Shown: positions 24,885 through 36,750 of the stretch, piece by piece
Position numbering within the stretch: position 1 is the stretch's first letter
Layout of the letters: every line of letters begins with the position of its first letter
DNA from: Octopus bimaculoides
Taxonomy: Eukaryota
Direction of reading: 5' to 3'
NCBI RefSeq assembly: GCF_001194135.2
Contig: NC_068983.1
Location: 158,302,386 to 158,358,553, forward strand
Length of the DNA: 56,168 nt
Made by a program: the position numbers and the translations under genes
Notes under the pieces: model-generated
Told to the model about the DNA's origin: nothing
Databases searched by the model: none
Seen by the model: only the letters and a program-made list of their open reading frames with translations

Positions 24885-25794
24885 GGGGGAGTAAAAGAGA
24901 GATACAGAGAAAGTTAAAATAAGAAGTGCAGGATGAATGCAACAGGTTGACGACATAATTTGCGTTGTGGGTGTAATCTTGGATCTGTCTTCGCCATTTG
25001 GCTATTTCGTTTCAAGTTTGTTTCTTAACTCATCAAACCTTAAACAAAAAAAGCCTCGCCGCCATGCCTTTCACGGTTATTCGCATAGCTAAGAACTGGT
25101 AGATCATTTATATGAGGTACATGTAAATTTAGACACAAATGAAGTGTAGATTTTGCAGATGAGCTGGTTATGTGAATACTACCAAAGTCAAGCTGCTTTT
25201 GAAAATTACATCTGATGACTAAAGAAAACTTCATTTAAATTACAACAAAGATGTGGAACATTTTTTGTTAGCGCCATCACCCGAATTATTCGCAAGCTCT
25301 TTCAAAATGAGAGGTTGTCGGTTCCTTAAAAAAAAAAAAAAGCACCGGAAGGTGAAAATGATCAAAGTTGAAGAGAACACTAGTTTGACTTAAGAAATTT
25401 TTTTTCTTTTAAATATCGTTTGTAATGTCATAGGCACATGTATACACGCATGCATGTGTGTGTGTATGTATGTATGTATGTATGTATGTATGTATGTATG
25501 TATGAATGTATGTATGTATGTATGTATGTATGAGTATATGCATGTGTGTATGTGTGTATGCATGTCAAAAGACACTGTACATGCACAGGCGAAACTCAGA
25601 GTTGACTAAACATAAAATATTATTTAATTTCTATGTTATTGAGTACTTGAGTGCTCTGTTTTTTCAACAGTCAACGCTAAACGTATAGACACACACACAC
25701 ACGCACACGCACACGCACACACACACACACATGCAAACATACATACATACAAACATACATACATACATACATACATACTTACATACATATGTAT

Positions 25795-25990
25795 ATATGG
25801 GTGGCGCTAAACTTCTGAAAGTCGTCGACAGGGCAGGATACTGGACTAATTTCCAATCGGATCTGCCCGCTGGTATCCGACGGGCGGAAAAACACAATAT
25901 GCAGCTAAACGAAAATAAATTTGAATTAATCCACTTTGCTAAAGAGGCTGCACTTAAACTGTCATACACTCTTTCCTCGTGCGAAAAACC
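25795..25990 (+). mobile_element. CR1/L2-group RT fragment
   Basis: AKLLKVVD...FQSDL...AEKHNMQLNENKFELIHF matches the sequence following the RT xADD motif. Confidence 0.65.
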
Positions 25991-26207
25991 TTGTGGCACC
26001 AAACGCCAGACAAAATGCTTAGCGGCATCAAAGGCGGACAAAGTGCTTAACGACATTCCTTCGTCTTTAAGTTCTGCGTTCAAAATTCCGCCAAGGTCGA
26101 TTTTACATGTTATCCTTTAGGAGGTCAATAAAATAATTACCAGCTGAGCACTGGTGTGAATGTAATTCTCCCCACCAAATTTCAGGCCTAAGCCTATAGT
26201 AGTAAGG

Positions 26208-26285
<78 letters not shown>

Positions 26286-26565
26286 TTATGTTTGACTTTT
26301 GTCTTGCATTTGTACAAGTTGGATCCAAGTCTCACCCAGAGACCTCAAGAGACAACAAGTTAAAAGTTCATGTAGGTGTTATGCCTAGGGTACCATATAT
26401 TTGAATTTGTACAGTGTTGTTCTAGATAATGTTTTAAAATTTGAGATCACATAGACAGTATTTTACGTAGGATATGGGCAGTTCCCATGAGCACTATCTT
26501 TTGAACTTCAGCCATTTTGGGGTTTCCTGGTATCTGAGCTAGGTAGTAATCAGCCCGTTTCGCTG
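26286..26565 (-). mobile_element. 5'-truncated R4/Dong LINE 3' end with (TAA)n tail
   Basis: YLAQIPGNPKMAEVQKIVLMGTAHILRKILSM*, then about 170 bp of 3' UTR, then the (TAA)n array at 26200-26285. Confidence 0.8.
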
Positions 26566-26736
26566 TCATTTCGTCCATGTCTACGTTTTGAGTTCAAATT
26601 CCGCAGGGATCGATTTTGCCATTCCGGAAAGGATCTTTCCGGTTTGATAAATTAAGTACCAGTGAAATACTGGAGTCGATGTAATCGACTAGCCCCTTTC
26701 CCCAAAATGTCAGACATCGTGCCTTTAGTAGAAATG

Positions 26737-26793
<57 letters not shown>

Positions 26794-26868
26794 TAAGGAT
26801 TGATGTTACTCCTCCTGAAGGTAAAGGAGCAATAAGAAGAGTGTGACTGTTATTATTATTATTATTAC

Positions 26869-26911
<43 letters not shown>

Positions 26912-27290
26912 GAGTGAGAGAGAGCAGTGCGTGCCATCAAAGTGAAACTGGGGTTAAATATACGAAGCCCAATATACCCATCTTGACTACCCGTCTGATA
27001 AGGGTACACCAGGTACATGCATAACAACTATATGTGCACGACATGATGATCTCATATCAAGACAAACAGTGCACGACCTTGCAGGTGAGGTCCCAGTTAG
27101 AATTTTCTTCAGGCCGAGTAGCCCCTCCCGCTCAAAAGGTCCCTGAATAAGGGTTGTTTAAGGATGTTGAACGAAACACTCATGTTTCCAAAGGTAGATT
27201 GTCCAAACCCCAAAGAATTCTCTCAACACATGGCTATGATGCTCCCCCACTACTTCTGCTCGTGATCAGAGATGTATATATCGTCAGCCA
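26912..27290 (-). mobile_element. Truncated copy of the TAA-flanked repeat (see 5265-5817)
   Basis: Near-identical to 5265-5640, with the same terminus abutting (TTA)n. Confidence 0.8.
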
Positions 27291-27299
27291 ATTATCACT

Positions 27300-28065
27300 A
27301 TTATTATATGGGTTCAAATTCCGCTGTGATTAACTCTGCCTTTCATTCTTTTGTAAACAATAAAATAAAGTACCAGTTAAATTCTGAGGTTGATGGTATC
27401 GATTAACCCCCAAAACTGCTGCGCTAAAATTTAGAAAGTGTTAAAAGCGGCGAGCATGCAAAATTATTAACGTGTCGGAAAAAAAGTTTAGCGCAATTCC
27501 CCTCAAAATTGCAGGCCTTGTACCGAAATTAGAAAGAATTATTAACAATGCATCGATTTTGCCTTTCATCATTTCAGTGTCGATAAAATAAGTGCCAGTT
27601 GAGCACTAGTCGATGAAATCGATCATCCCCATGCCACGGAATTTCAGGCCTTCTGTCTTTAGTAGAAAGTAATATTATCATTATCACATTATTTTCGCTC
27701 AGTAAAGTGGTAACCTGGCAGAGTCGTTAGCACACCGGGTGAAATGCTTAGCGGTATTACGTCTGCCGCTATGTTCTGAGTTGAAATTCCGCCGAGGTCG
27801 ACTTTGCCTTTCCTCCTTTCAGGGTCGATTAAATAAGTACCAGTTACGCACTGGGTCGATATAATCGACTGGGCCCCTCCCCAAATATTTCGGGCCTTAT
27901 GCCTAGAGTAGAAAAGATTATTTTTCGCTCAGTAAGGCGGCGAGCTGGCAGAAACGTTAGCACGCCGGGCGAAATGCTTAGTGGTATTTCGATCTAATCG
28001 ACTGGCCCCCTCCCCAAAACTTTCGGGCCTTATGCCTAGAAAAGAAAATATTATTTTCGCTCAGT
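27300..28065 (+). mobile_element. Tandem array of 4-5 SINE B copies or fragments
   Basis: Repeated ggcggcgagctggcaga / gtcgactttgcctttc / ggccttatgcctaga units. Confidence 0.8.
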
Positions 28066-28199
28066 AGTTGTGTGATTCTGTCGGTTTTGTTCGCTGAATA
28101 AGCCGCTTAAGATATTCCAGCGCGTAGTTTAAGATTCTAGCTGTACCCAGGAAACATGCTTTTTGTAGTGTCACGAAGTTAATTGTTATGCTGATTACA

Positions 28200-28640
28200 G
28201 AAAGTCATTAGGTGATATTTGCAGACACTGTACCTACTGATCCTATTATCACTGGAATTACCATTACCTCCCTGCAGTTCCAAAGACTTTTAAATTCCTT
28301 CTTTAGATCCTGGCACTTGTTAATCTTTTCATTTTCTTTTTCCTCCCCTCCTGTGTTGACTAGGCAGCATAATCTATTATCGTGCACGTTCTAGTTTCTT
28401 TTTCTTGTATAACGAGAAGCAGTCTTGAAAGTTACAGATCCTGATCATATTCGACAGCTTTCATTGGTCTACGTTCATACCATTGTTTTACATGTTTTAG
28501 AGAGGATGTTTTACATAATTACCACTGTATATTTGATACAATTGTTTTCAGTTATGTTCTGTTTTAGCGTCAGCTTCTTACAGTCAGACAGCCATCCAGT
28601 ACCTATTAGACGGCTCGAATCCTATGAAATAACACCGGTT
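28200..28640 (-). mobile_element. R4/Dong restriction-like endonuclease domain relic
   Basis: KQWYERRP...VIQEKETRTCTIIDYAA...EKENEKINKCQDLKKEFKSLWNCREVMVIPVIIGSVGTV. Confidence 0.75.
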
Positions 28641-28799
28641 AAAGAATTTCTGGTTAAAGAAAGGTGATCTGAAGAAAACAGAAAGCTCTGTAAAGGCAGT
28701 CTAAGAAAATAAAGACACAAGTATTCACAAAAAACAAACAAACAAAACAAAGCAAATATCATACAAATAAGGTGGATACGCCTCCACTATGTCGGTTAT

Positions 28800-28980
28800 G
28801 CGGCGAGAGAGAAGAGACCGAAGTTCAATAATGCTTAGCGGTATTTCATCCGTCTGTACGTTCTGAGTTCAAATTCGGCCGAATTCAACTTTGCCTTTCA
28901 TCCTTTCAGGGTCAATAAAATAAGTACTAGTTGAGCACTGGGATCTATGTAATCGACTTCCAAAATTTGGAACCAATATT
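28800..28980 (+). mobile_element. SINE family B
   Basis: gcttagcggtatttc...gagttcaaattc...taagtactagttgagcactggg. Confidence 0.75.
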
Positions 28981-28989
28981 AGCCTGACT

Positions 28990-29830
28990 TGTCCATACTA
29001 CTTTCTAATTTCCCCTTTGACTTGTGTGAATGATACCCCTAAATATTTCTCAGAGTGGTTCTGGTCTAATTCTCAGTTCTTGCGTCTAAATTAATGTTCT
29101 CAGTTTTAATTATTTTACGCCTTCTTACAGTAGCATTGACACGTTTTTCTAGTCTGATACTCGTTTATATAACTTAGCTCATTTCATGAAGTTTTAGTAG
29201 ATTTTCCAACTGGGTATTATACCTTGTAAATATTTTCAAGTCAACCATATAAAAATAGTTTTAGAATTTTGTCTGTAGCGTTTGCCGCCACCGGTGGTTT
29301 CGTTCAACAGATTTGTTAATGGGGTCTAGCCACGAAATTAAGTTGAAGGGATAATGAATCTCCCTGAAAGATTCTTTTCCTTAAGTATGTAGGCCTGCTT
29401 TTTAATTATCTTTTCTTTTTCTTCTAGAGATATCATTATCAACCCACCCCTCTTTTTTGATATGACATGGTTGATGTATTTTGTTACTGCAAGGGCTGCT
29501 AATAGAGTGTCTCCAGTATCCAACAGTGTGATATACTATCAAATACTTTTTGGTAATCAATCTATGTTAAAGTTTCTGTTCCTCTGTTAACTGTTTTCTG
29601 TAGTAGCCCGACAACCACTAACTGTTCTTTACAGCCGTGCATCATTTGATAGCGCCTATTCTGCTCCTCTGGTAAAATATTATTGCTCTCCTGACGAATG
29701 GGTTATTTCAAATTACGGAAATAAGGGCTTCGTGTGTAATTGATAAGGGAGTTACAGGCCTATAGTTTGAGGGGTCTCTGGTATTTTTTTGTTTTGGACA
29801 ATTAGCAATGTTTTTCTCTCTAGTATCTAA
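28990..29830 (-). mobile_element. R4/Dong reverse transcriptase relic
   Basis: PKQKNTRDPSNYRPVT, NILPEEQ...GCKEQL, DYQKVFDSISHCWIL, IFQGDSLS and EKYLG occur in order, with frameshifts. Confidence 0.8.
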
Positions 29831-29869
29831 TTGCGTTGATACTAGTTTGTTTCCTTGACGTGTAGTATG

Positions 29870-30030
29870 TGCCCGTCGGATTTTCGTTTTCATGCAATTT
29901 GACCGAACGCATAAATCTATGTCTCATCATCACAAATGATGATGATCCACATGAAGTCCGGGTTGTAGTTTGCACAGTCTATCATATCCTCAGCGATTTC
30001 CATGCAGAATTGCTTCTGATGCTCCGACAA
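29870..30030 (-). mobile_element. mariner transposase fragment
   Basis: LSEHQKQFCMEIAEDMIDCANYNPDFMWII...DDET*IY resembles the mariner ITGDETWVY region. Confidence 0.7.
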
Positions 30031-30070
30031 GCACCGTGGGGGCAAATTTTGAAACTATTATTATTATTTT

Positions 30071-30580
30071 AGAAAGTTAAAGAAGTGATTTTAAATTCTC
30101 AATCGCAGAATAATGCTAATAATATAGCCTGAACAGAGAAAAATGTTTATATTATTAGCATTATTCTGCGATTGAGAATTTAAAATCACTTCTTTAACTT
30201 TCTAAAAGACATTTCAACGCTTCTAAAAGCAAACTTCGTTTGTTTATTTACGTTTTTCGTAATTTGAATTTAACATATGAGAGCGTCTCATAAAGCGAGA
30301 TTTATATATCTTAATTTGCAGAGGAATTTGTAGTGGGTAGTTTAGCTTAATCGGTCAAAGCATCGTGACATGTAATCACGGGGATGTGAGTTCGTGTGCA
30401 CAGCTAACCACCTACACTTTTCTCTGCAAAATAGGGATAGTTTATCCTGTTCAGGCTATATTATTAGCATTATTCTGCGATTGAGAATTTAAAATCACTT
30501 CTTTAACTTTCTAAGACATCTCAACGCTTCTAAAAGCAAACTTCGTTTATTTATTTACGTTTGTCGTAATTTGAATTTAA
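30071..30580. repeat. Foldback and direct-repeat structure enclosing a tRNA-like core
   Basis: 30071-30136 is the reverse complement of about 30447-30512. 30148-30273 is a direct repeat of 30457-30580. Confidence 0.85.
30335..30394 (+). pseudogene. Truncated tRNA-Thr(UGU)-like sequence
   Basis: D arm tagcttaatcggtcaaagca, anticodon stem cgtga/tcacg with loop catgtaa (TGT; position 33 is A, not T), T-arm start gtgagttcg. The 3' acceptor half is absent. Confidence 0.55.
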
Positions 30581-30600
30581 TTTATTATTATTATTATTAT

Positions 30601-33255
30601 GGCCTTCAGCCGAAGAAGCCACGCCTGACTTCGGCTCCGTATTTTGTTTCCGAAAATCGGCATTTTCTGTCATTTCTAACCAGGGTGGAGAATAAAGGAT
30701 CCTTCTTCTGCTGGTGAGTTTCTTTTTTTGTTAAACTTCCCCCTATTTCTCGGAGCACTTATCAAATTTATTCCATTTTTATCTCACGTGGAAAAATTTA
30801 GAATTTTGCCCAATGGCAACAGCAAATAGTTTCGAGGGAGTTTCAGTCGTCGATGAGAGAGGCGGAGAGACTGAGGAGTGTCTTGTCACAAAAAATGAGG
30901 GAGAGTGACAATTCTTCGACTGTTGGCATGACTACAAGACAAGCAAGCAGACGTAAGATGACTGTTCCAATCACAGGCAACAAACACTGCGACACCTCCG
31001 CCACCATCACCTCTGCCACGACCACTATGAACAACAACAGCAGCAACAATAGTAGCAGCAACAACAACAGCAACAGCAGCAGCAACAGTTGCAGCAACAG
31101 TTGCAGCAACAGTGACAGCAGCAACAGCAGCTGAAACAACAACAACAGTAAAGCTTTGACAGGAGAGAAAAATAAGTAGTACAGCGACAATATAAATGAT
31201 TTTCCCCCACCCCTGTTAGCAAGTAGCTTGGCTTCTTTGGTCAACGTTATGAGCATCACCCCAAACAATAGCGTCTCTTTGGCTCCGACTAATACAAACA
31301 ACGACAGGAACAACAACAGCAGCAAAAACGATATAATCAATACCAACAATAACAGCAGCGATAGAAACAACTCCTTTGCAGGAGTAACAAAATTGCAGGA
31401 GCAAATCTCCCTGGAGGGAAAACCTGCGTATTTCAGTGAAGCAGAAAAACTCGTCAATAGAGGGGATAGGAAAACCAAGCTTGCTATCCCTTCAGATTTG
31501 ATAGAGATTTCCAAAAGGACCATTGTACACAGATGTGTGTCGCTAATGGCGACGAAAATTTTCAATGCACCACACATTCAAATAGAAAAATGCTTGAAGG
31601 GCATTTGGACTGATATTGATTTCCTCACACGAGGAAGACAATATAGTTCTGTGTTCTGTGGAAGTAAGGTTCATCACAAAGGCACTGGCCTCAAAACACT
31701 GAATGGTCCAGTGCAAACACGAAGATCTTCCCGCATACCTTGGAGGGTGGGTAGTGAAATTTAAAATATCAGGTGTGCCACCAGAATTAGACATTTGGTG
31801 GTTGGTTGCGTGTGCTGTGGTCGAAGGCCAGGATTCGCTTCTATAAATTACAAAATATCGGAAGGAGAACTCGTCCAGAATCGGGTTGGAGATTTTGATC
31901 CATGTAAAACCGGAATCCCTGGACAAGGTTCCCGACCTTATCGAGCTGCCCAGCAGAGCACGACTCCATGTCGTGCTGGAAAGCAGAAAGCCAAGGTGCT
32001 ACACTTGTGGGTTTAACACATTTGAAGACCCTCTGTACACAACAACAAAATGGAACTCGAGGAACGGCGGCTCTGCTACCACCATAAGAAGACCAAAAGC
32101 TACAACAACAATCAATGCAGCAACAGCCATTAAAACAACATCTTCAACAGCAGTATCCCAACACCACAGTGGCACCAACAACTGTAGCGGTGGAAACAAA
32201 CAACGCCCAACGGACGACACAGATACACGATGTACTCCCGACACCTGCAATTCAGAAGCCTTATCATGCGACGAGGAGGAATTGAATCCCCCAAGAAGGA
32301 CTTGTGTTTGGGAAAAGTGGAAAAATAGTTCAAGAAAAGGCCATCTTAAGCTGAAAGTGAAAAGTCAGGACGAGAAAAATTCACCTAATCCATCAGCTAC
32401 ACTAACAACAACACCGACACACTCACCAGAATCCCAACAACAAAACAATATACACTCATTCAACCACAACTACAACTACAAAAAGCACCAAAACAGAAAC
32501 AAGAACAATTCGTACAACTTCCTAGAGAACCCGAACGCCTCATCAACGTCACAGTCGTTCGCAAGAGCAACAACGAGATGATGCAGGAAGCAGGGAAAAC
32601 ACAAATATTCATACAAAAGGAGTAGGGTTCGACGAACTTCTGTCGAAAACTCTCCGTGACAGACAGCTGATAAAAACTGATACAAACACATACCTAGAAC
32701 TTGAAAAGAAAACACCCAAAAGACATTGGGCCTTTTAGGCTAAAGCTGGATAAAAGTACTTTAGGAAGGCTCTTCATTAGTGATAATGCGTCAGACGAGG
32801 CAGCTGAACCAGCCGACCCTCTCAAAATCCAAGGTAAGTGACCTTCGATTTTGTTTCTCCGATAAACATGGTCGTTTTCAGAGTGGGATGTGTGAAAGTT
32901 CGTGGCCTGGAATCAACTTAGAAGCAAGGTCACTTGTTAAACGACCTCAGGTCGCTCGATTTAGATGTGACTGCAATTAGCGAGACAAGGATTACTAATG
33001 CGGAAGCACTAGCATCCATTTTCAATAACTATGATAGATTCTCATCATGTGACCTGTCAGATGCAGGCGGTGGAATAGCAGTGCTATTCCAAAAATCCTT
33101 AGAACTCGAGGTAAAGGCAATCTTCTTGGACTCGGGCGGCAGGTTGATGGTCCTAGATGTGAATGGTAGCGAAGGTAGCGCCCTTAGACTAATGGTCGTC
33201 TATGCCCCGACAGAGACTGGAAGGCCAGAATGCTTCTGGCATCTAGAAATAATTT
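30601..33255 (+). mobile_element. Tx1/L1-clade LINE with 5' part retained and 3' part lost
   Basis: ORF1 remnants ending in a KPRCYTCG zinc-knuckle-like motif, followed by an APE endonuclease. No RT remains. Confidence 0.75.
30853..32020 (+). pseudogene. Tx1-like ORF1 (frameshifted; Asn/Ser-rich linker)
   Basis: Track ORFs 30853, 31228 and 31886 join into an ORF1-like protein (…PDLIELPSRARLHVVLESRKPRCYTCG). Confidence 0.55.
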
Positions 33256-33257
33256 AA
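32868..33257 (+). pseudogene. ORF2 apurinic-like endonuclease N-terminus
   Basis: MVVFRVGCVKVRGL...*KQGHLLNDLRSLDLDVTAISETR...GGGIAVLF...GRLMVLDV...VVYAPT are L1/Tx1 APE motifs, with one in-frame stop. Confidence 0.8.
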
Positions 33258-33289
33258 CCTCGACAATTTTTAGTTTTATCAATTTTGAA

Positions 33290-34050
33290 TATATCGCTCC
33301 TGTTTAAAACCTCTTACCTACTTGACAATTGCATTTCTAGATATGCCTTGAAGGAAGGAGTACTTCTTGGACTCGGTGGTCCCTACTGAGATTTGTGGCT
33401 TTCACTTCTTTGATTACGCTCATTTTTAGAGTATCATAATCAGTCTCACCTTCGATGTTTCCAGGTTTTAGATTTGTTTCACATTCCTTCCAGTTCATAT
33501 TTTTGTCTATAGTGTTCTGGTTTGATGCATTTTGCTCATCATTATACATTCCTACGGTCTGGGTTTGTTGTCTTTCGTTGTTTACTTCGTTTTTATTTGA
33601 CATATTATGTCTGCCTTCGTATTATACAGTCCCAGTGCTTGTGATATTATTTGGCACTGCTGTGTGGTTACTATCTATGTTTTCCTGATGTATTTTTCAT
33701 TTTAAGTGTTCTATTTCTATTTCTGGTACTAATCTTTTTTTTTTTTTGCTTTTTTTTTTTGGCTCCGTATGTTAGCTAGTTTATAAGGGTTCATTGCTGT
33801 ATCCAAATCTTTATCTAGGTATTTTTTCCTTCCAGATTTTATATGTTTATGTTGTGTTTTCGTTCTATGGGTAGAGTACTGCTGTAAAATAAACATGTAG
33901 GACTAAAATATGTTCCTCACGTGTCCATTTATGCTTTTTTGATTTTATTTGCGCGACATGAGGAATAACGTCGGGCCTTTTAATTTGATGGTCACCATTT
34001 TCGTAGGGTACCGGTTCGTTCATTTCTGGTGTTAAATGGTTTTGCACGTG
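33290..34050 (-). mobile_element. R4/Dong ORF N-terminal relic preceded by (TAA)n
   Basis: KSKKHKWTREEHILVLHVYFTAVLYP is an R4-type N-terminal motif. The (TTA)n array at 34060-34115 lies on its 5' flank. Confidence 0.65.
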
Positions 34051-34059
34051 TAGTTTTTC

Positions 34060-34115
<56 letters not shown>

Positions 34116-34404
34116 GCAAACCAAATTCAAAAACGAAATATTATTATATAATTTACTCGGTACTTCAATAGCAATGCTACAAACGTAAGTTATCTTCGAA
34201 ATTCGCTAGAAACTAAAAACTATCCACTCTCGTGTAGTATTATCTAGTATCTTACGTACAGATTAAATTTTAGAATGCTTTCAACAAATTATTTATTGTT
34301 GCAAGGTTTTATAGTTTAAAAAGATTGATTACAATTAGAAGATATAATTAGATAGCTAACAATTAGAGGATTTAATTAGATAGTTCGCAATTATAGATTT
34401 TAAT

Positions 34405-34455
34405 GGATGCATTATGCCCGTAATGCGTTACGGGCGTAATGCATCCCTTACTCGT
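34405..34455 (+). mobile_element. GC-rich hairpin plus CTCGT, possible Helitron 3' terminus
   Basis: 19-bp arms ggatgcattatgcccgtaa / ttacgggcgtaatgcatcc with a 4-nt loop, then cttactcgt. Confidence 0.4.
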
Positions 34456-35112
34456 CACTGAAACAAAAATAAGCGCTGATAAGAGGGAAATAAGAGGGAA
34501 ATGTAGGCTACCTGTTAAATTGCCACACAAGATGAGAATTTATTTTACTTTGTTATCGCTGTAATTATAGTAAAGTTCTCCTCACGGTAGGTTATAGTAA
34601 GCCACTCAGACTCCTTTTTCTTGATAACTACCAGTGCTGTTAAAACAAAGCACATCAAATAAGAGAGCCAGGTTATATGAAAAGTAGTTTAGTAGTAAGT
34701 TTAGTTATTTATTAAAGTGATCAATGTTTGAAATTTAGAGATGGAAAAAATTGTTTTGTGATAGCCATAGCTTCAGTATATTCTGTAATAATTTCAATGA
34801 TTGTTTTTGAGAAATATATTCTGATGTCTTACAGTAACATTTACAGTTGATTAATTTTATATTTTAGTTTACTGATAGGCTTCCTTGAGTGTTGATTTAG
34901 GTTATTACTGTATATTTATGATGAAAAGACACGTTTGTGTTAATCACTCGGACTGCTTTTGTTACGTGTGTGGAAAATTTACGCCAAAAGTTCAGAGAAA
35001 TAAGCTTACAAAGAAATTTTCAAATGCTTACAAGCTTTACTTTGGGTGAAAGTTGGGGACCAAGTTAAACTGTGGGCACCTCATGTTTGTTGCAAAAACT
35101 GCTACATAAGCG
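34456..35112 (+). mobile_element. Chapaev3 (CMC)-like DNA transposon 5' end and transposase N-terminus
   Basis: Starts CACTG. MKRHVCVNHSDCFCYVCGKFT...AYKLYFG/KVGDQVKLWAPHVCCKNC matches the Cys-rich N-terminus I associate with Chapaev3, with a frameshift at about 35046. Confidence 0.6.
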
Positions 35113-35214
35113 TAAAAGAAGACGCTAAAGCTATTTCTGAAAAACATAAAATTAAAAATATTCACTTTACACTTTTGTTTTGTGTTTTATTGGTTTTAGA
35201 GCTACTTGTCCACC

Positions 35215-36750
35215 TAATTGCAAGTAGAAGAATTGATGACTTAGCTGGCAGTATTGTGGGTACATTGCAGACTCAATTATCTAAATGTGTTCATGACAGT
35301 TTAGCATTGCACGAAAGTACTGATCAAAGTGACACTGCACAGTTGGTTGTTTTCATCAGAGGAATTGATGTCAATTTTAATATCATTGAAGAAATGTTGG
35401 ACGTGTGTCATATGAAGAGTACATCCGGCAGGGATATAACTGAGCATGTTAATTTACCATTAGAAAAGTTCAATGTTGATAGAAATAAAATTAATTCAAT
35501 TACAACTGATGGTGCTCCTGCATTAACTGGTAAAAATATCGGGTTTATTACTTTATTCAAAGAAATGGTTGATAATGATTTACTTAGCTATAATTGCTTC
35601 ATTCATCAACAGCAATTATGTGCTCAAAAATTAAATATGAAACAGTTGATGACAGATATTGTGAACGTTGTTAATTTTATCAGATCTCGAGGCTTGAATC
35701 ATCGTACATTCTAAGCATACTTGATAGAAGTTGGCAGTGAGTATGAGGACGTTATTTATTTCTCAAAAGTCAGATGGCTCAGTGAAGCAGTAACTTTGAA
35801 TAGATTTCAATTATTGTTGCCTGAAATAAAACAGTTCATGCAAAACAGAAAATAAAATTTAGATTTTTTAGCAAATGAAGAAGAGTTGAATGATATGTCT
35901 TTCTTAACAGATATCACTGAAATTTTAGCTGAACTTGATTTGCATTTACAAGGAAAAGACCAGTTATGTTGTTCAATGTTTGAGCGAATAACAAGTTTTA
36001 CTAAGAAATTAGAACTTTTCATAATGCAATTGAAGGTTGGAGAAATTGTACATTTTCAGAATTTATCTAAAAGACATGAAGAATTTCCTGTGAACTTTGA
36101 AAAATACACTAAATTATGTGAGACTTTGTCAGGAGATTTTACAACCAAAATTTCTGACTTCAGAAAGATAGAAACTGAACTAAAATTGTTGAGTGCTCCA
36201 TTTTCATTTATTTATGTGGAAGCACCAGTTAAATACCAACTAGAACTCATTGAGCTTCAAAGTAGCGAATCTTTGAAAACTTATCATAGAGAATATTCCC
36301 TTTTTGTCTTTTACAAGAAATTGCATTCTTTCAATGAATTTGATCAATTTGCCAATTTAGGCACAAAACTATTGTGCATGTGAGGTAGTACATACTGCTG
36401 TGAACAATTCCTTTCGTGTATGAAAAACGGTCAAAACTGTTGAAAGAAATAGGCTGAGTGATTGCCATTTGACTAACATTCTTAGAGTAAAGAATAGTAC
36501 CATAAAAGCAGATATTGGGAATGTCATAGAAGGAAAGCAATGCCAAAAATTACACTGATTTTATTTTGTGTAAATGTAATTTCATTTTTACTGTCAATAG
36601 CACATTATTTGGTAGTTAGATTTGTTATTAAAAATTTTATTCACTATATTTTGAACTTTTTAAAAGTTTGTATCTAATTACTTTTGTGGCCCGGTAAATA
36701 TACTTAGATTTATAATTTGACTCACTAGGAAAAAAGCTTGGACATCCCTC
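35215..36750 (+). mobile_element. hAT (Charlie/SPIN, GTF2IRD2-like) transposase relic with 3' TIR
   Basis: RRIDDLA...SLALHESTD (D>H)...SITTDGAPA...CFIHQQQLCA...KVRWLS...STYCCEQF. Stops at 35712 and 36381. 3' TIR-like gcttggacatccct at about 36737-36750. Confidence 0.9.

Noticed and set aside
30843-31577. 244-aa Leu-rich minus-strand ORF
   Set aside because: Antisense shadow of the CAA/CAG-rich Tx1 ORF1.
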